From an uncultured virus (IMG/VR IMGVR_UViG_3300042691_030539) (taxonomy: Duplodnaviria > Heunggongvirae > Uroviricota > Caudoviricetes): a DNA stretch of 64,000 bases. Location: IMG/VR virus record IMGVR_UViG_3300042691_030539. One strand, given 5' to 3'. The notes under the pieces were generated by a model. The model saw only the letters and a program-made list of their open reading frames with translations. It was not told where the DNA came from and searched no databases. The position numbers and the translations under genes are program-made. Position 1 is the stretch's first letter. Each line of letters opens with the position of its first letter. Below, in pieces: positions 28,262 through 36,824 of the stretch.

Positions 28262-28492
28262 ATGATACAGGATATTTTTGGTTACATTGGAATGGCAGTA
28301 GTTTTATTTTCATTCACAATGAATGATGTCGCTAAATTAAGATTAACCAACTTAATTGGATCTATATTTTGGATATTGTACGGATGGGGAATTGATTCAA
28401 CACCCACAATAATAGTAAACACCGCAGTAGTAATGATTCATTCCTATTGGTTTTATAAAAATACAGATTGCTTTGATAAATTTAAAATATAA
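28262..28492 (+). CDS. YgjV-like small inner-membrane protein
   Basis: KLRLTNLIGSIFWILYG. Confidence 0.7.
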   Translation: MIQDIFGYIGMAVVLFSFTMNDVAKLRLTNLIGSIFWILYGWGIDSTPTIIVNTAVVMIHSYWFYKNTDCFDKFKI

Positions 28493-28497
28493 ATAAT

Positions 28498-28812
28498 ATG
28501 GAATACAGGTATGACGTTGGAAATTTTTATTGGAATAAAGAACTTAACACATTTTTTAGTGAGGCTTGGAATTTGAGTTGTTTCAATACGGATGGTTCAA
28601 TTCACCCCGAATCATTTCCAAATGGTAAAAAAGAATTCTTTATTGATAATCCAAATACAGGAGGATTTAGACGATTCCGATTTGTAAAAGAAGAAAGTAG
28701 TTTTTTTCATCAAGTCGATGAAACAGGAAACGGATTCGACTATGAATGTACTGATTGGGTATTTGAAAGTGAAGATGGAATTAAATGTAGTATTCTCGTT
28801 AGTGAAAGTTAA
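28498..28812 (+). CDS. Hypothetical protein
   Basis: ORF in operon. Confidence 0.65.
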   Translation: MEYRYDVGNFYWNKELNTFFSEAWNLSCFNTDGSIHPESFPNGKKEFFIDNPNTGGFRRFRFVKEESSFFHQVDETGNGFDYECTDWVFESEDGIKCSILVSES

Positions 28813-28823
28813 ATTTATATCAA

Positions 28824-29036
28824 ATGAATATGACTTACGATTGCCACGGAAAAACGCACTCTGAAGTTAAAGAGGATTTTGAAAATTGGATTTTAATGAA
28901 TCAAACGGAATTACCAATACAGGTAATAACAGGCAATTCCGAACATATGAAACGGATTGTAATGGGTATTTTGGATTTTTATGACTTCACATATTCGGAA
29001 TCATTTACAAATTCCGGAGTAATTAAAATATATTGA
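28824..29036 (+). CDS. Small Smr-domain-like protein
   Basis: DCHG...VITGNS...NSGVI. Confidence 0.6.
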   Translation: MNMTYDCHGKTHSEVKEDFENWILMNQTELPIQVITGNSEHMKRIVMGILDFYDFTYSESFTNSGVIKIY

Positions 29037-29037
29037 T

Positions 29038-29235
29038 ATGACACCATTGGAAAAATTTATTGAGTATTTAGGACCTGAAATATTGAAAGCACATAACATT
29101 AAATACTTTTTAGAGTTAGAGGAAAAAACAATTAAGGATGCGATTATGTATTCGTTGGATGAAGATGGGCATACGGGTGATTGGAAAATAGGATTCGCAA
29201 ATGAATACTATAATAAATTAAAAGTAAAAGAATAA
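29038..29235 (+). CDS. Hypothetical protein
   Basis: ORF in operon. Confidence 0.6.
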   Translation: MTPLEKFIEYLGPEILKAHNIKYFLELEEKTIKDAIMYSLDEDGHTGDWKIGFANEYYNKLKVKE

Positions 29236-29238
29236 GTT

Positions 29239-29769
29239 ATGTTTGATAAACTAATACAAATGATTCAGCAATTTGGAAAGGATATGTTACCTTTCGTTAT
29301 TGTTGAGGAATGGAATGAAGCAGTTCTATTAAGATTTGGAAAATATAAATGTGTACTAAAAGCCGGAATCCATTTTAAGATTCCGTTTTTTGATTCAGTA
29401 ATTGAGCACGCAGTAATTACACAATCGGTTAATCTACCTGCACAGACACTAACTACATTGGATGAAAAGGAAATTGTACTCAAAGCAATAATCCGATACA
29501 AAGTATTTGATGTGAAAAAATTCTTATTGAGTGTAATGCATGCAAATGATGTTCTAATTGATACTACGCAGGGAATGATTAGAGATATTGTTGAAGTAAC
29601 TAATTGGGAAGATTTAGTTGATGTTAATTATCGAATAACAAATGAGGTATTGGAGTTTGTAGAAAAATGGGGAATAGAAATTGAGGCAATAACCATAACT
29701 GATTTGGGTATTGTAAAAACATATCGTATATTGGGTGAAGATACAAAACAAATTTTACCAATTGAATAA
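29239..29769 (+). CDS. SPFH/band-7 domain protein
   Basis: AVLLRFGKY...GIHFKIPF; QTLTTLD; WGIEIEAITITD. Confidence 0.85.
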   Translation: MFDKLIQMIQQFGKDMLPFVIVEEWNEAVLLRFGKYKCVLKAGIHFKIPFFDSVIEHAVITQSVNLPAQTLTTLDEKEIVLKAIIRYKVFDVKKFLLSVMHANDVLIDTTQGMIRDIVEVTNWEDLVDVNYRITNEVLEFVEKWGIEIEAITITDLGIVKTYRILGEDTKQILPIE

Positions 29770-29780
29770 ACCGAATTTAA

Positions 29781-30086
29781 ATGATTACGATAAAAAACTA
29801 TGGCAAGTTATTTCGTAAAGATGTGGGGCAATGGAGGGTAAGTAGAATTGAGGAAGAAAAATCATTTTATCAAATAACCTTAATCAAAGTTGATGGTGAA
29901 AAGGTATCTGTAAATTTAGAAAGGAGTGGAATAAATACTACATCAAACAAAGAATACGAAATGTGGTATTGGAAGGGAATGACTAACAATCCTAATTATG
30001 CATTACCTGAAAGGTTATTGTTAAAAGCGGAACAATTGAATACAATAGATAAATTCACTAACGCACTCAATTCTTTATTGAAGTAA
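29781..30086 (+). CDS. Hypothetical protein (IxN family)
   Basis: See paralog finding. Confidence 0.7.
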   Translation: MITIKNYGKLFRKDVGQWRVSRIEEEKSFYQITLIKVDGEKVSVNLERSGINTTSNKEYEMWYWKGMTNNPNYALPERLLLKAEQLNTIDKFTNALNSLLK

Positions 30087-30129
30087 AAATCAGAGGGGGG
30101 CTCGGGGGGAACAACCCGTCGTTCCGCCC

Positions 30130-31109
30130 AAATTTTTTGATAGTGGGGAATAACTTATTCCCCATTTTTATTTTGTAAAGTGAAAAAAAAATCCTATATT
30201 AGAGGTATGATAGAAACAAATGAAAATTGGAGGGATTACTTAAAACCTATAGCATCTTATTTGATGGATAGAGTTAGGAGTAGTGCAAAACCTTCAACTA
30301 AAAAAAATAATAATGATTGGGGCAGAGATTTTGCGTGGGATATCGATATTGATGAGGAGTACCTTATTGAGTTATTAATTGAATCAGAATTTAAGTGCGC
30401 ATTGACAGGAATGAAATTTCCTATTTCAAACAATTACAAAAAATGTAAAAGTAGATTATGGATGCCATCAGTAGATAGGGTAGAACCATTGATACCTTAT
30501 TTAAGAGGAAACATTCAAATAGTTTGTCTTGGAATTAACTTAATGAAGTCCAGATACGATAATGAACTTACAAAAGAATTTTTGAGTGAAATGAATGAAA
30601 TAGCAAATGGAAATGAAGTACAAAGGAGAATAGAAATATTTGAAAATAAAAAAACAACAAAAACAAAAACAATGAATAAGAGTACAATTAACAATGAAAT
30701 GCTGAAGTATCTTTTGGACAATTCCGAATTTGGAATAGAGTATGCTGAAAAATACTTTGAAGAGAAGGTAGGAAACACCAAAAAGAAAAACAAAGAGGTA
30801 ACAAAAGGGGATTCAGTTTCTAAAAGTGAAAAAACACCGGCGGATGTTAGAAAAGAATGGTTAATAAATAATTCTATTGATATTGAACAACCAACTGAAT
30901 CAATGGTAGAATTGAGATATGTAATTAGCCCAGTACCAAAAGACAATGATGCTCTTTACAGAAAGAAAGAATTGGATGCCGTAATCAATCAAGGATTAAG
31001 TATATATAAGATGCGAAGTAAACGTGGGTATAAATACTATACCGATGAATCGCAAATCAAAAAAGGGGTTGGGGAAAATAGTGTCGAATAAGGAAAATTT
31101 TTTGATAGT
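30130..31109. repeat. 15-bp direct repeat AAATTTTTTGATAGT flanking the HNH-like gene
   Basis: Copies at 30130-30144 and 31095-31109, each preceded by G-runs. Confidence 0.8.
30207..31091 (+). CDS. HNH-like (His-Me finger) endonuclease
   Basis: CALTG...PSVDRV...Y..GNIQIVC..INLMK; own promoter TTTG 30172 / TATATTAG 30195. Confidence 0.7.
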   Translation: MIETNENWRDYLKPIASYLMDRVRSSAKPSTKKNNNDWGRDFAWDIDIDEEYLIELLIESEFKCALTGMKFPISNNYKKCKSRLWMPSVDRVEPLIPYLRGNIQIVCLGINLMKSRYDNELTKEFLSEMNEIANGNEVQRRIEIFENKKTTKTKTMNKSTINNEMLKYLLDNSEFGIEYAEKYFEEKVGNTKKKNKEVTKGDSVSKSEKTPADVRKEWLINNSIDIEQPTESMVELRYVISPVPKDNDALYRKKELDAVINQGLSIYKMRSKRGYKYYTDESQIKKGVGENSVE

Positions 31110-31209
31110 ATGAAAGAGATATTTATTTTTATAGGAATGTGGATAGGAATTCTATTCATTGGATTAATAGTAAGTAAATTTGATAAAGGAAAAACAAAAA
31201 TGGATTGGT

Positions 31210-31434
31210 ATGAATAACGAAATCAAAAACACCGTGTTTGGATCTTACAAAGAGTTTGTAATTATTGAAAGGGAATCATTGAGGGAGTTAGAGGAAAAGG
31301 GAAAAGCAATATTAGCAGAGGGGCAAGATGAACATGATAAATTTCAAATACAAAAAGGTAAAACAATATTGGAATGTGTTGAATGGATGAAGCAATGGAA
31401 TATTTATAATAACGAATTCAAAATAAAAGGATAA
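31210..31434 (+). CDS. Hypothetical protein
   Basis: ATG 31210. Confidence 0.6.
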   Translation: MNNEIKNTVFGSYKEFVIIERESLRELEEKGKAILAEGQDEHDKFQIQKGKTILECVEWMKQWNIYNNEFKIKG

Positions 31435-31543
31435 TAAAATGGAAACACTAATAGAAGTGACCACCTATATATTCTATACAATAGCAGCAAGTATTGTATT
31501 TATAGGATTGGCAGATTTGTATAAGAAAAGAAAAAAGTAAGTT

Positions 31544-31885
31544 ATGAATCATTCAAAGAAAATACAAATCCTAAATCCAGGATGTATAAATAGTTACAAT
31601 CAATTACCCAATGGAAAGCATGTGAGTATTTTACATCTTAATACTACGGGTGATTGGTTTAAATTTGAAATGAGTAATGGAGAGGTACTATACGATATTT
31701 TTGTTTTCAGATGGATACAGAATAGTGGGGTTATGAAGTGTGAAGCATTTGATAAAAGTTCAACCGCAAGATCTCCAAAGTATATGTTTAACGTACCTTA
31801 TAATACATTTCGTAAAAAGAGTTCGTTTCAGGATCACTTAATCGATTGGTTTGAGAATACCGTTTCAAATGGTGCATTAATTTGA
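31544..31885 (+). CDS. Hypothetical protein (IxN family)
   Basis: See paralog finding. Confidence 0.65.
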   Translation: MNHSKKIQILNPGCINSYNQLPNGKHVSILHLNTTGDWFKFEMSNGEVLYDIFVFRWIQNSGVMKCEAFDKSSTARSPKYMFNVPYNTFRKKSSFQDHLIDWFENTVSNGALI

Positions 31886-31889
31886 TAGC

Positions 31890-32597
31890 ATGAATAAATG
31901 GGCGTTTACGTTTCTTGCGATGGGTGATGAACATATCCGAGAGTTTAATATAGTTGCAAAAACCATATTGAATATCCATCCCGACCATAAAATAATTGTA
32001 GGCACGGATAATCCAAACGGATTAATAGATGGGTTGTATAAAGTGATCCCTATTTCGGAAGGGTTTAATTATAATTTAAAACGAATACCTATTCAACATG
32101 CTCTAAAAGAATTCAATACAATATTTCACTTGGACACGGATGTGCACATTAGGGATGGGATAGATTTTTCGATAATGGACTCCGTTGCGGAAGGTCCGGA
32201 AGGTTTGTGGGTTGAAGATATTGTACCACCGGAAAGTCAGCATAGGAATGGTTCAATAGAATGGATAAGGGATTATTTAGATAAGTTGAAAGTATGGGTA
32301 GGGGATGAAAACTTTTATCTTATACCCGAAGGTCGTTTCATCCTAAAATCCAATCCCGAAAATGTAAATACGATAATCGAAATGTGGGAAACTATTGATA
32401 GGGATACGAGAGAGGTACAACCCGAACAATACGAATTGAATGGAGCAATGGAAGGTTTTATAATATGGATTAGTGTAACAAAAGCCGGAATACCAATAAA
32501 AAAAGTTTGGAGTGTAGGTGGGGATTTTACTAAATTGTTTCACACCACAGTGCACTTTGCAAGAGATAATAGAAAACTAATAGCAACAATGCTATAA
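31890..32597 (+). CDS. GT-A-like (DxD) putative nucleotide-sugar transferase
   Basis: IIVGTD; FNYNLKR; HLDTD. Confidence 0.55.
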   Translation: MNKWAFTFLAMGDEHIREFNIVAKTILNIHPDHKIIVGTDNPNGLIDGLYKVIPISEGFNYNLKRIPIQHALKEFNTIFHLDTDVHIRDGIDFSIMDSVAEGPEGLWVEDIVPPESQHRNGSIEWIRDYLDKLKVWVGDENFYLIPEGRFILKSNPENVNTIIEMWETIDRDTREVQPEQYELNGAMEGFIIWISVTKAGIPIKKVWSVGGDFTKLFHTTVHFARDNRKLIATML

Positions 32598-32635
32598 TCA
32601 AATCGGAAAACCCAGATAAAATAAATTCAGCAAAG

Positions 32636-33265
32636 ATGAAAATAAGAACTTGGGGATGTTCAATTACTACAGGGTATGGAATGAACACTACATATACAAA
32701 CGTATTAAGCGATACACTACAATGTGAAGGTATAAACACAAGTAAAGATGGAATAGGGAACGATTGGATATTTCATAACATAGTAGAATATCTGAATAGT
32801 GTAGAAACCGAAACCGAAGATTGGCATATAGTACAATGGAGTGGACCAATGAGAAGGTTACATCAAAGTATTAGTGGAAAGGAATGGACGGTGTATCCTG
32901 ATGTAGGGGATTCGAATGGATTAGGTCCGAAATGGGAACCAATGGGATCCAAACACACACTACACTACATGTACTGCGTTCAAGAATTATTCCAAACGAA
33001 AGGAATACGGAACTGGATATTTTGGAATTACTTCCCGTTAGATGAATCCGTAAAAGGATTAAATACATACAACGGAATCGAATGGAATAATTTTGTAGAT
33101 ATTGATAGGGCGTGGATGATAAAAAATAATTACGTTTGGGATGGAGAAGATGGAGGGCATCCGAATATAGAAGGCATATATTGGATAGCAAATACATTAT
33201 TAAATAAAATGGGTTACAATATTAAATTAGAATATAAGGATTACAAATACAGAGGGGTTATATAG
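32636..33265 (+). CDS. SGNH-hydrolase-like protein
   Basis: WGCSITTG, GIGN, IVQWS and GGHP. Confidence 0.7.
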   Translation: MKIRTWGCSITTGYGMNTTYTNVLSDTLQCEGINTSKDGIGNDWIFHNIVEYLNSVETETEDWHIVQWSGPMRRLHQSISGKEWTVYPDVGDSNGLGPKWEPMGSKHTLHYMYCVQELFQTKGIRNWIFWNYFPLDESVKGLNTYNGIEWNNFVDIDRAWMIKNNYVWDGEDGGHPNIEGIYWIANTLLNKMGYNIKLEYKDYKYRGVI

Positions 33266-33300
33266 TAAGTATATCAATCAATACTATATCAAAATAAAAA

Positions 33301-33350
33301 ACGAAATGGTAAATAGTGGTAAAAAGTGGGGAATTGTGTTAAAGAGTGGT
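33301..33350 (+). repeat. 10-bp-periodic GTGG array
   Basis: ACGAAATGGT AAATAGTGGT AAAAAGTGGG GAATTGTGTT AAAGAGTGGT. Confidence 0.75.
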
Positions 33351-33741
33351 AACTAAAAGTATCTGTCAAAATCTATTCATTACATACTAACATACTACAA
33401 TAAAAACATAACACTATAAAAGTATATCATTATAAGTTCAAAAGTCCCACCTGCGTTCACACTGCGCAACAAATTCCGGCAAAGGGGAAAACGAGATTAG
33501 TGGATTGCGCAGAGGTGAGTGCGGTGAGTGGTGCGCAGTGGTGTGAATTGAAGTAATAAATTTTCACTTTGGATCCGGCGCAAGGAAACGCAATACTGGT
33601 CTACGTTTCCTGAAGATACGAAAAATAAATGTAATTGCCAAATCTCCGGCAATATAGACCTGGTCCACGCTACATGGGTATTCTTTAGAAAATATTTATT
33701 TCACGACGTGTCCGAAATAGAAAACATCTAATAAAAGCATT

Positions 33742-34080
33742 GCGTAATTGATTGATTTTCAATGGGTTGTATAAACGATTGATTATCAGCGTGTTATGAG
33801 TGGAATATATAATATATTATGTTAAGTAGGGAACGTGTTGAGTATCAATGCGTTATGCAAGAAAAACCCGCATTTTACCGATAATTGATATTATGTTAAA
33901 TAAAAAACGGGCAACGAGTTGACAATCAACGAGTTATGTTTTTAAAAATTCTTTATTGACAATCAATTAGTTACGCAACCCAGTCCGGCCCCATTTCATA
34001 ACTCGTTGATTGTCAATAAACTTTTTTTTCAAAATGTTTGGCCAGTAACTTAAAAAGTCGTATCTTTACGAAGTAAAGTT
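33742..34080 (+). promoter_or_regulatory. Operator cluster 3 (six sites) plus promoter
   Basis: Sites near 33742, 33772, 33831, 33911, 33951 and 33997; TTTG 34037, TATCTTTA 34061. Confidence 0.75.
33874..33901 (+). other. dif-like XerCD recombination site
   Basis: TTTACCGATAA-TTGATA-TTATGTTAAAT: canonical XerD arm and 11-6-11 layout. Confidence 0.8.
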
Positions 34081-34115
34081 TCCAATATTGGAGTTATATA
34101 TAAAATTTTTGTAAT

Positions 34116-34490
34116 ATGAGTAAGTTTCACATTGAGTTTAAAGAATCGGTAAAATCGGGTTCAAATCGTTTAGGTAATCTTATTGAAAATCCTTATAAGG
34201 TTTTCTCTGCTAGTAAATTGAGTAATTCAGTAAAACCTATGACGGTTGTTGAATATACCGACCTTATGGGTAAAAAGCACGTTATAAAATGTGCGAACAA
34301 AACCAAAATGAAAGAAGCTATGGCTTTCCTTTCTATCTTTAAGAAAGAAGCCGCTACTGTTAAAAGTATCATTTCGGAATATCCGGTTTCTTATGGTCGT
34401 ATCCCTAAAAAGTTTATGAGTGAACTTCGCAATGAGTTAGTTCATTATGGGTTTAGTTCATCCTTTGTAAACAAATTGGCTGGTTATTAA
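34116..34490 (+). CDS. Early hypothetical protein
   Basis: First ORF after the promoter. Confidence 0.75.
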   Translation: MSKFHIEFKESVKSGSNRLGNLIENPYKVFSASKLSNSVKPMTVVEYTDLMGKKHVIKCANKTKMKEAMAFLSIFKKEAATVKSIISEYPVSYGRIPKKFMSELRNELVHYGFSSSFVNKLAGY

Positions 34491-34524
34491 TACCGGCCTT
34501 TTCCTTTTAATCACCTTTAAAAAA

Positions 34525-34761
34525 ATGTATATGAGTAAGAAAAATAAATATAGTGTTAAGAAAGTCCGTAGAGTATTGAGAACGGCAAGTGAAAAGTTTG
34601 AACCGGCAACCTATGAAGTGTGGAAAGTATCCGGTCCTCGTAAGTTTGTGAAATACTTTGTTACAAAGAAAGATGCACAGGCGTACATCCACAAAATGAA
34701 TGATACCACTATGACTATGGATATTGTTCGCAACATTATGAACGAAATTAAAAATAAATAA
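34525..34761 (+). CDS. Basic hypothetical protein
   Basis: YEVWKVSGP..F; resembles the N-terminal half of 35809-36177 (YEVFEVTGP..RF). Confidence 0.7.
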   Translation: MYMSKKNKYSVKKVRRVLRTASEKFEPATYEVWKVSGPRKFVKYFVTKKDAQAYIHKMNDTTMTMDIVRNIMNEIKNK

Positions 34762-34879
34762 TATGGGTACACACATTACCATTTTGGAATTCCTTATAGT
34801 TTCAGTTGTTTCTATAATTGGATGGGTTTTGATTAAAACAACATATGAGTATTGGTTTAAAAAGTAAAAAGTAAAGTAT

Positions 34880-35248
34880 ATGAATAAAGTAAGTAGTTTT
34901 ATGGTTGAGGAAAAAATCGGTTACGATTGGGCTAATAAGAAAATGATTATCCGTGTTTATGACGCACTGAAGTTTATGATGGATAACTATTCTGATTTGA
35001 AAAAGACTTGGACCAACACTATCCGCACTATGTTTGTGTTGGAAAGTAAAGAGAGTGAATTAAATAAAATTGTGTTGAATGGTTACTATTCCACTATTCG
35101 TAAAATCCTTAAAGATATTGACGTTATACGTTATGATGGCAAAACGTTAGTGAAAGGTAGTAATTGGGACCGATTCTATTCAGATGAAGATTGGAGTTGG
35201 TTTACAACATCGACCTGGTGTGGCGGACGTGGTAAAATTGTTAAGTAA
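34880..35248 (+). CDS. Hypothetical protein
   Basis: ORF. Confidence 0.7.
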   Translation: MNKVSSFMVEEKIGYDWANKKMIIRVYDALKFMMDNYSDLKKTWTNTIRTMFVLESKESELNKIVLNGYYSTIRKILKDIDVIRYDGKTLVKGSNWDRFYSDEDWSWFTTSTWCGGRGKIVK

Positions 35249-35262
35249 TTAAAATATAGTAT

Positions 35263-35487
35263 ATGAATTTGAGTTTAAATCTGATGGAATTGAATTCCCT
35301 CTATGTAGCAGTAAGTAATCAACTGAAGCAAGCAAAGCAGGATGCAATCGAATATCCATCTGAATTCTTTCAGCGTGAACTTGAAACCGCTGAAGAGTTA
35401 GTTGAGAAAGTACAAGAAGCACTTTGGGCAGAATGTAAAATCGTTGACGATATAGTTGCCGAAGCCCGTTTGAAAACAATAAAGTAA
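35263..35487 (+). CDS. Helical hypothetical protein
   Basis: ORF. Confidence 0.65.
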   Translation: MNLSLNLMELNSLYVAVSNQLKQAKQDAIEYPSEFFQRELETAEELVEKVQEALWAECKIVDDIVAEARLKTIK

Positions 35488-35492
35488 TTAAT

Positions 35493-35807
35493 ATGAGAAA
35501 GAAGCGTTCAGATAGAAACCACGTTATCTACGAAATAGTGAATACCGCAAATGGTAAATCGTATATCGGTATCACTGCCGCAATAGGACGTAGGTTTCAC
35601 TATTCCGCTCACTTACGATTCCTTAAACATCAGAGTAGAGCAAGAAAAGAAAATAAGCAATGGGCACTCTATATTGATATGCGAGAGAACGATCCGGAAG
35701 TTTATGAGTTGTTTATCGTAGACGTAGTGAGGGGAAAGGCTCTGGCGCATAAGATAGAAACCGAATTGTTAAAAGAATTTGAATACGAATTAAATAGCAC
35801 ACATTAA
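35493..35807 (+). CDS. GIY-YIG nuclease-domain protein
   Basis: VIYEIVNTANGKSYIGIT...R...H...E...LN. Confidence 0.8.
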   Translation: MRKKRSDRNHVIYEIVNTANGKSYIGITAAIGRRFHYSAHLRFLKHQSRARKENKQWALYIDMRENDPEVYELFIVDVVRGKALAHKIETELLKEFEYELNSTH

Positions 35808-35808
35808 T

Positions 35809-36177
35809 ATGAGTAAGAAAGTAAAAACATTGAAAGGACTGAAGCGTGGTTATAACGCAGTATTGAAAACAAAGGTATATGACTTCGGTACTGGCCGGCA
35901 CAAATATGAAGTGTTTGAGGTAACCGGTCCCACTATTGAGAAACCCCGTTTCTTTGTTGATGAAGAGTCGGTCCGTATGTTCGTTAATGCTCAAGCAACT
36001 GAAGAGTCATTGGTAAAAGCATTCACTAACGCTGTTAAACGTGCCGCAACTAAATCTGAACGTAAAGAGTTACAAGCCGCAAAAGAGATAAGTGAATTGG
36101 TGCCTGATTTGGAAACCATTGTGGATGCAAACATCCGTGATGCGAAAGCAAAGAGGCCCGAGGACACTGATAAATAA
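35809..36177 (+). CDS. Hypothetical protein
   Basis: ORF. Confidence 0.7.
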   Translation: MSKKVKTLKGLKRGYNAVLKTKVYDFGTGRHKYEVFEVTGPTIEKPRFFVDEESVRMFVNAQATEESLVKAFTNAVKRAATKSERKELQAAKEISELVPDLETIVDANIRDAKAKRPEDTDK

Positions 36178-36230
36178 TTATTTACTCATATACTAACGAC
36201 CCACTATGTTTCTACATCCGGGTCCCTTTC

Positions 36231-36304
36231 GGTCAGATGGCGCAATTGGTTAGCGCAAGATGCTTATACCATCGAGGCTACGGGTTCGAGTCCCGTTCTG
36301 ACCA
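36231..36304 (+). tRNA. tRNA-Ile(TAT)
   Basis: Acceptor GGTCAGA/TCTGACC + A73; GATG-CT TAT AC-CATC; T-arm ACGGG-TTCGAGT-CCCGT. Confidence 0.9.
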
Positions 36305-36328
36305 CTAAACAATTTTAAAATTTGAATT

Positions 36329-36628
36329 ATGAACAAAGAGCAAGCAATCAAAAAAGTATGGGATTCAATTGGTAGTATCTTTACAAAGGAAGATGTCGTT
36401 GCATTGATTGAGCAAATAGAAACCGAAGGTACGGACATTGATGTGTCAGAACTTATCGAACATGTTCAGGAATCAATCAGCAATATCGATTCATCTGACA
36501 TTGTAGATACATCAAGCGCTGAGTTTTATTTGGAGGGTAACCAAATCCAATTGGAAACGATTGATATTGATACAAACTACATTGAAAGTGAAATCGCTGA
36601 CTCCATTAACGGATTCTTTAACAAATAA
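36329..36628 (+). CDS. Highly acidic protein
   Basis: D/E-rich 99-aa ORF. Confidence 0.7.
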   Translation: MNKEQAIKKVWDSIGSIFTKEDVVALIEQIETEGTDIDVSELIEHVQESISNIDSSDIVDTSSAEFYLEGNQIQLETIDIDTNYIESEIADSINGFFNK

Positions 36629-36706
36629 CCGTCAGATGCGGGCTCCTTATCTGGAGTTAAATAGGGGATTTAACGTAGAACCACCCGCATCATTTTTAAA
36701 AAACAT

Positions 36707-36737
36707 TTTGCAATATCGAAAAGTTTTCGTATATTGT
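36707..36737 (+). promoter_or_regulatory. Bacteroidota-type promoter
   Basis: TTTG-N19-TATATTGT. Confidence 0.6.
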
Positions 36738-36824
36738 ATGTACAATATGAAAGAAACCATAGTAAACGACCCCACTATGGCGGACTTCAATAATTAATAA
36801 TCAAGCGGGTCAAAACAGTTTTTT

